In this document: in pieces, positions 61,701-64,000 of the stretch | Numbering within the stretch: the stretch's first letter is position 1 | Layout: the number at the start of each line of letters is the position of its first letter | Source: Raillietiella orientalis | Lineage: Eukaryota | DNA: 64,000 nucleotides | NCBI GenBank assembly: GCA_036172245.1 | Contig: JAYWIR010000018.1 | Location: 1,860,001 to 1,924,000, forward strand | Reading direction: 5' to 3' | Translations under genes and position numbers: made by a program | The notes under the pieces: model-generated | Told to the model about the DNA's origin: nothing | Seen by the model: the letters and a program-made list of their open reading frames with translations, nothing else | Databases searched by the model: none

Positions 61701-64000
61701 GCGCAAGCGGTGGGCTAGTCGTGGTGCTTTTGGAGGCCGTCCTTCCTGTTTTCCCGTCGCACGTGGTGCGCCAGTGCCGCTGCAGTCCCGGAGCCACGTG
61801 CCTTCTTTGCGAAATCGGTGTATCACACGCTCGGAGGATTGCGTCCCATATGCGAAGAGACACGGAGTGCCCACACAGCCGACATGCTCGCTCAGTCCTT
61901 CTTTCCACGTGGAGCAACTGCGCCATCCAATCTTCCGTTCGTTCCGTCCACGGTCGATCTGTTGCTTCGGACGAGCTGTATCCGTAGAAGCTTCCTCCGT
62001 GCTGCGTTCGCGTTGGAGATCCGTTCGACGAAACCCCGGGGACCTGTTCGCACGTAGCTCGTGCCTTCTGGGTGTTGCGCGGTTCGTTGATGCGCGAGTG
62101 CACAGGTGCAGGGCACACGAAGTGTCCGCGAAGCTGGAAGCAAGTGGTGTCCATCGGGGCGCGCCTTCCCGAGGTGGTTCGGTCGAAGGCGGAGCTGCTC
62201 ATTTGCAGAGGACGCTGGCAAGCCATCTTGCGTTGCAGGAGGCGAGTCGGCGGGAGAACGCATTTCAAACGCACACCTCGGTTGCCGGGCTGTCGGCGTG
62301 CGTGCGTCCGTTTCCGTAGAGACGCAAGTCTGCTCACGAGTGAGCAGCGCTTCCTTCTAGGGATTCGTCCGGAAGCGGACTCTGTGGGCTTCCACTACGT
62401 TATGGCGAATTTCCGCGCGAACGTGGGTGAGGGAGAGCAAGGGCCCGGGGGTCACCTCGTGAGCCTTCGCCTTGCCCCGCGGTTCGAATGCCGTGAGTTG
62501 ACGGACGGAAGGGCTGGATGTGATGCGCCGACGGAGATCGCGCTCGTTTTCTTCCACTTGCCACGACGTCTAAATTTTGAATCCTGTCTTCCTTTGGCAC
62601 TTCGGTTCCGAATTGGCGCCATCGGGAAAGGAGTGCCTCGTTAGCAGAATGCGTGGACATACAGCATCCTGATTCGTGTTTCAGAAAGAGCGCTGCCGTT
62701 TTTCGTGGCGTAGCCCGTTGGAAGGAGCTTGCGATATCTTCAATCTGTTTCCGGTGGACAATTGGTCAGAGGAACGTTTTTCACTGTCATGCAGAAAACG
62801 TTACTGACTACATACTCACTTCTCGAACTCTTTCAAGGCATCTTCCAGCAACTTGTTGACCAGAACTATGCGCCAGCCATATCTCCATAACATAGTGAAG
62901 AAGTTGACCAATTTCCAAGCGGAAGTTTCGAAGATCTCCTTGTGTCCGTCGTACAGTGAGATCGTTTTCATATCTCGAACAGGAACCGCTTCTGGAAATG
63001 GTCCACAATGTTGTACAGAAAAGCAGAGATCACTGCACCGCAGCGACGCTTCGCGTGTCGGCAATAAGAGTATCGCTAACGCCGTGTATCGAGCGCCGTG
63101 GGCGTTGCGGGAGCGCATCATCCCACGAAAGGATGCACCAACACAGCCCACGGGATCGCGACAGTCGTCAGGGAGGGTGGTGCCGTCTTCGCAAGGCGAG
63201 CGGCGCGCGCCAAGCGCTCCGCACGGCCCCTCTGGCCGCAGCGACCGCTTCCACAAGACGAACTCGGCCTTCGCGCAGACGCCGCAACGCCGGCCGAATC
63301 CGCCCCAACCGCGCCGCTCATCGTGGCGATCGCAGCTTTCGTTTGCGAACCCACGACTTGAGAGTCCGTTCCAGGGAGTTGAAGGAGAAAGGTGGGAAGA
63401 GGAATGACGCTGCCGTCAACGAGCAGCCTGCAAGCTACCTCAGCCGCGGCGGTAACGCGTGCAGCATGGTCACCAAGCGGGCAGTCTTCCTCCTCAGCAT
63501 GCAGCCCACCGTCCATGAGTGTGAGCCCAGCTCTTTCGCGAGCGGAGCACGTGCTCGATGTCTTCGCGCGCCAGCCAGCGCCATTTTCCCGCTTTCCGTT
63601 TCCGCATCTTCTCGAGCGCTGCTGATGCTCCTTCGACTGCGCGGCGGGCGTTTGCAGTACGTCGACGCACGGTGTATCCGGAACTGGGGAACGCGGGGGA
63701 CGGCAGTCCTTGGTCAGGGGTTATGCCCGTCTCGCTGGATTCTTCCTCGCAATGCGAGTATGCGCACCACCAAGTAGGGTGGAGCTCGCTTTCAGCGTGT
63801 GCAGCCGAATGGTCACGCTACCTGGCCGAGGTCGCTCGGAGGTACTCGAATGTGTTGCGGTGCAGTGAGGATCGTGACGGAAACGCTCTTGTCGCCTTGG
63901 CATGCAGGAATGGAATGGAAGTTCGGCTCACCGGACTTCGTGATTTTGGCGAGTTCCACCATGTAGCGATTCTTGGGGTGAATTACTGATCCTCCCATTT
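58725..64000 (-). CDS. PCYOX1: Prenylcysteine oxidase 1-like, copy B' (5' part outside the window); exons >64000-63932, 62991-62820, 61046-60838, 59461-58725
   Basis: Mirror image of paralog B. Visible exon translations are identical to B and splice sites are intact. Confidence 0.9.

Larger units (their letters stand above)
55274..64000 (-). repeat. Right arm of the large inverted repeat (runs off the window)
   Basis: Reverse complement of 38128-46851 with only scattered single-base differences. Confidence 0.97.

Noticed and set aside
10075..64000. GC-rich domain as a bacterial insertion, contaminant or CRISPR/defence locus
   Set aside because: The genes have spliceosomal introns and animal-type products. 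There are no operons, repeat-spacer arrays, or rRNA/tRNA genes that I could recognise.

Overview
Animal (invertebrate-like) nuclear DNA with spliceosomal introns, the shortest 45 nt. The first ~10 kb is AT-rich and holds a complete 4-exon Sec61-beta gene. From ~10 kb onward the sequence is GC/CpG-rich and heavily duplicated. It contains three prenylcysteine oxidase (PCYOX1-like) genes: A (+, 11757-18254), B (+, 37825-43402) and B' (-, 58725 to beyond the window end). It also contains a complete 9-exon DEG/ENaC (pickpocket-like) channel gene (-, 18574-30441) and two truncated copies of its 5' end. A large inverted repeat (arms at least 8.7 kb: <=38128-46851 and 55274->=64000) surrounds a spacer that includes a gap-free mosaic of L1/Tx1-like non-LTR retrotransposon fragments (49.2-55.3 kb). 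The strongest unusual signal is that PCYOX paralogs A and B have near-identical introns but strongly diverged exons, with sharp switch points inside exons. Most long ORFs in the supplied track are spurious products of high GC content. All exon models, alignments and identities were derived by eye and are unverified by RNA data or database search.
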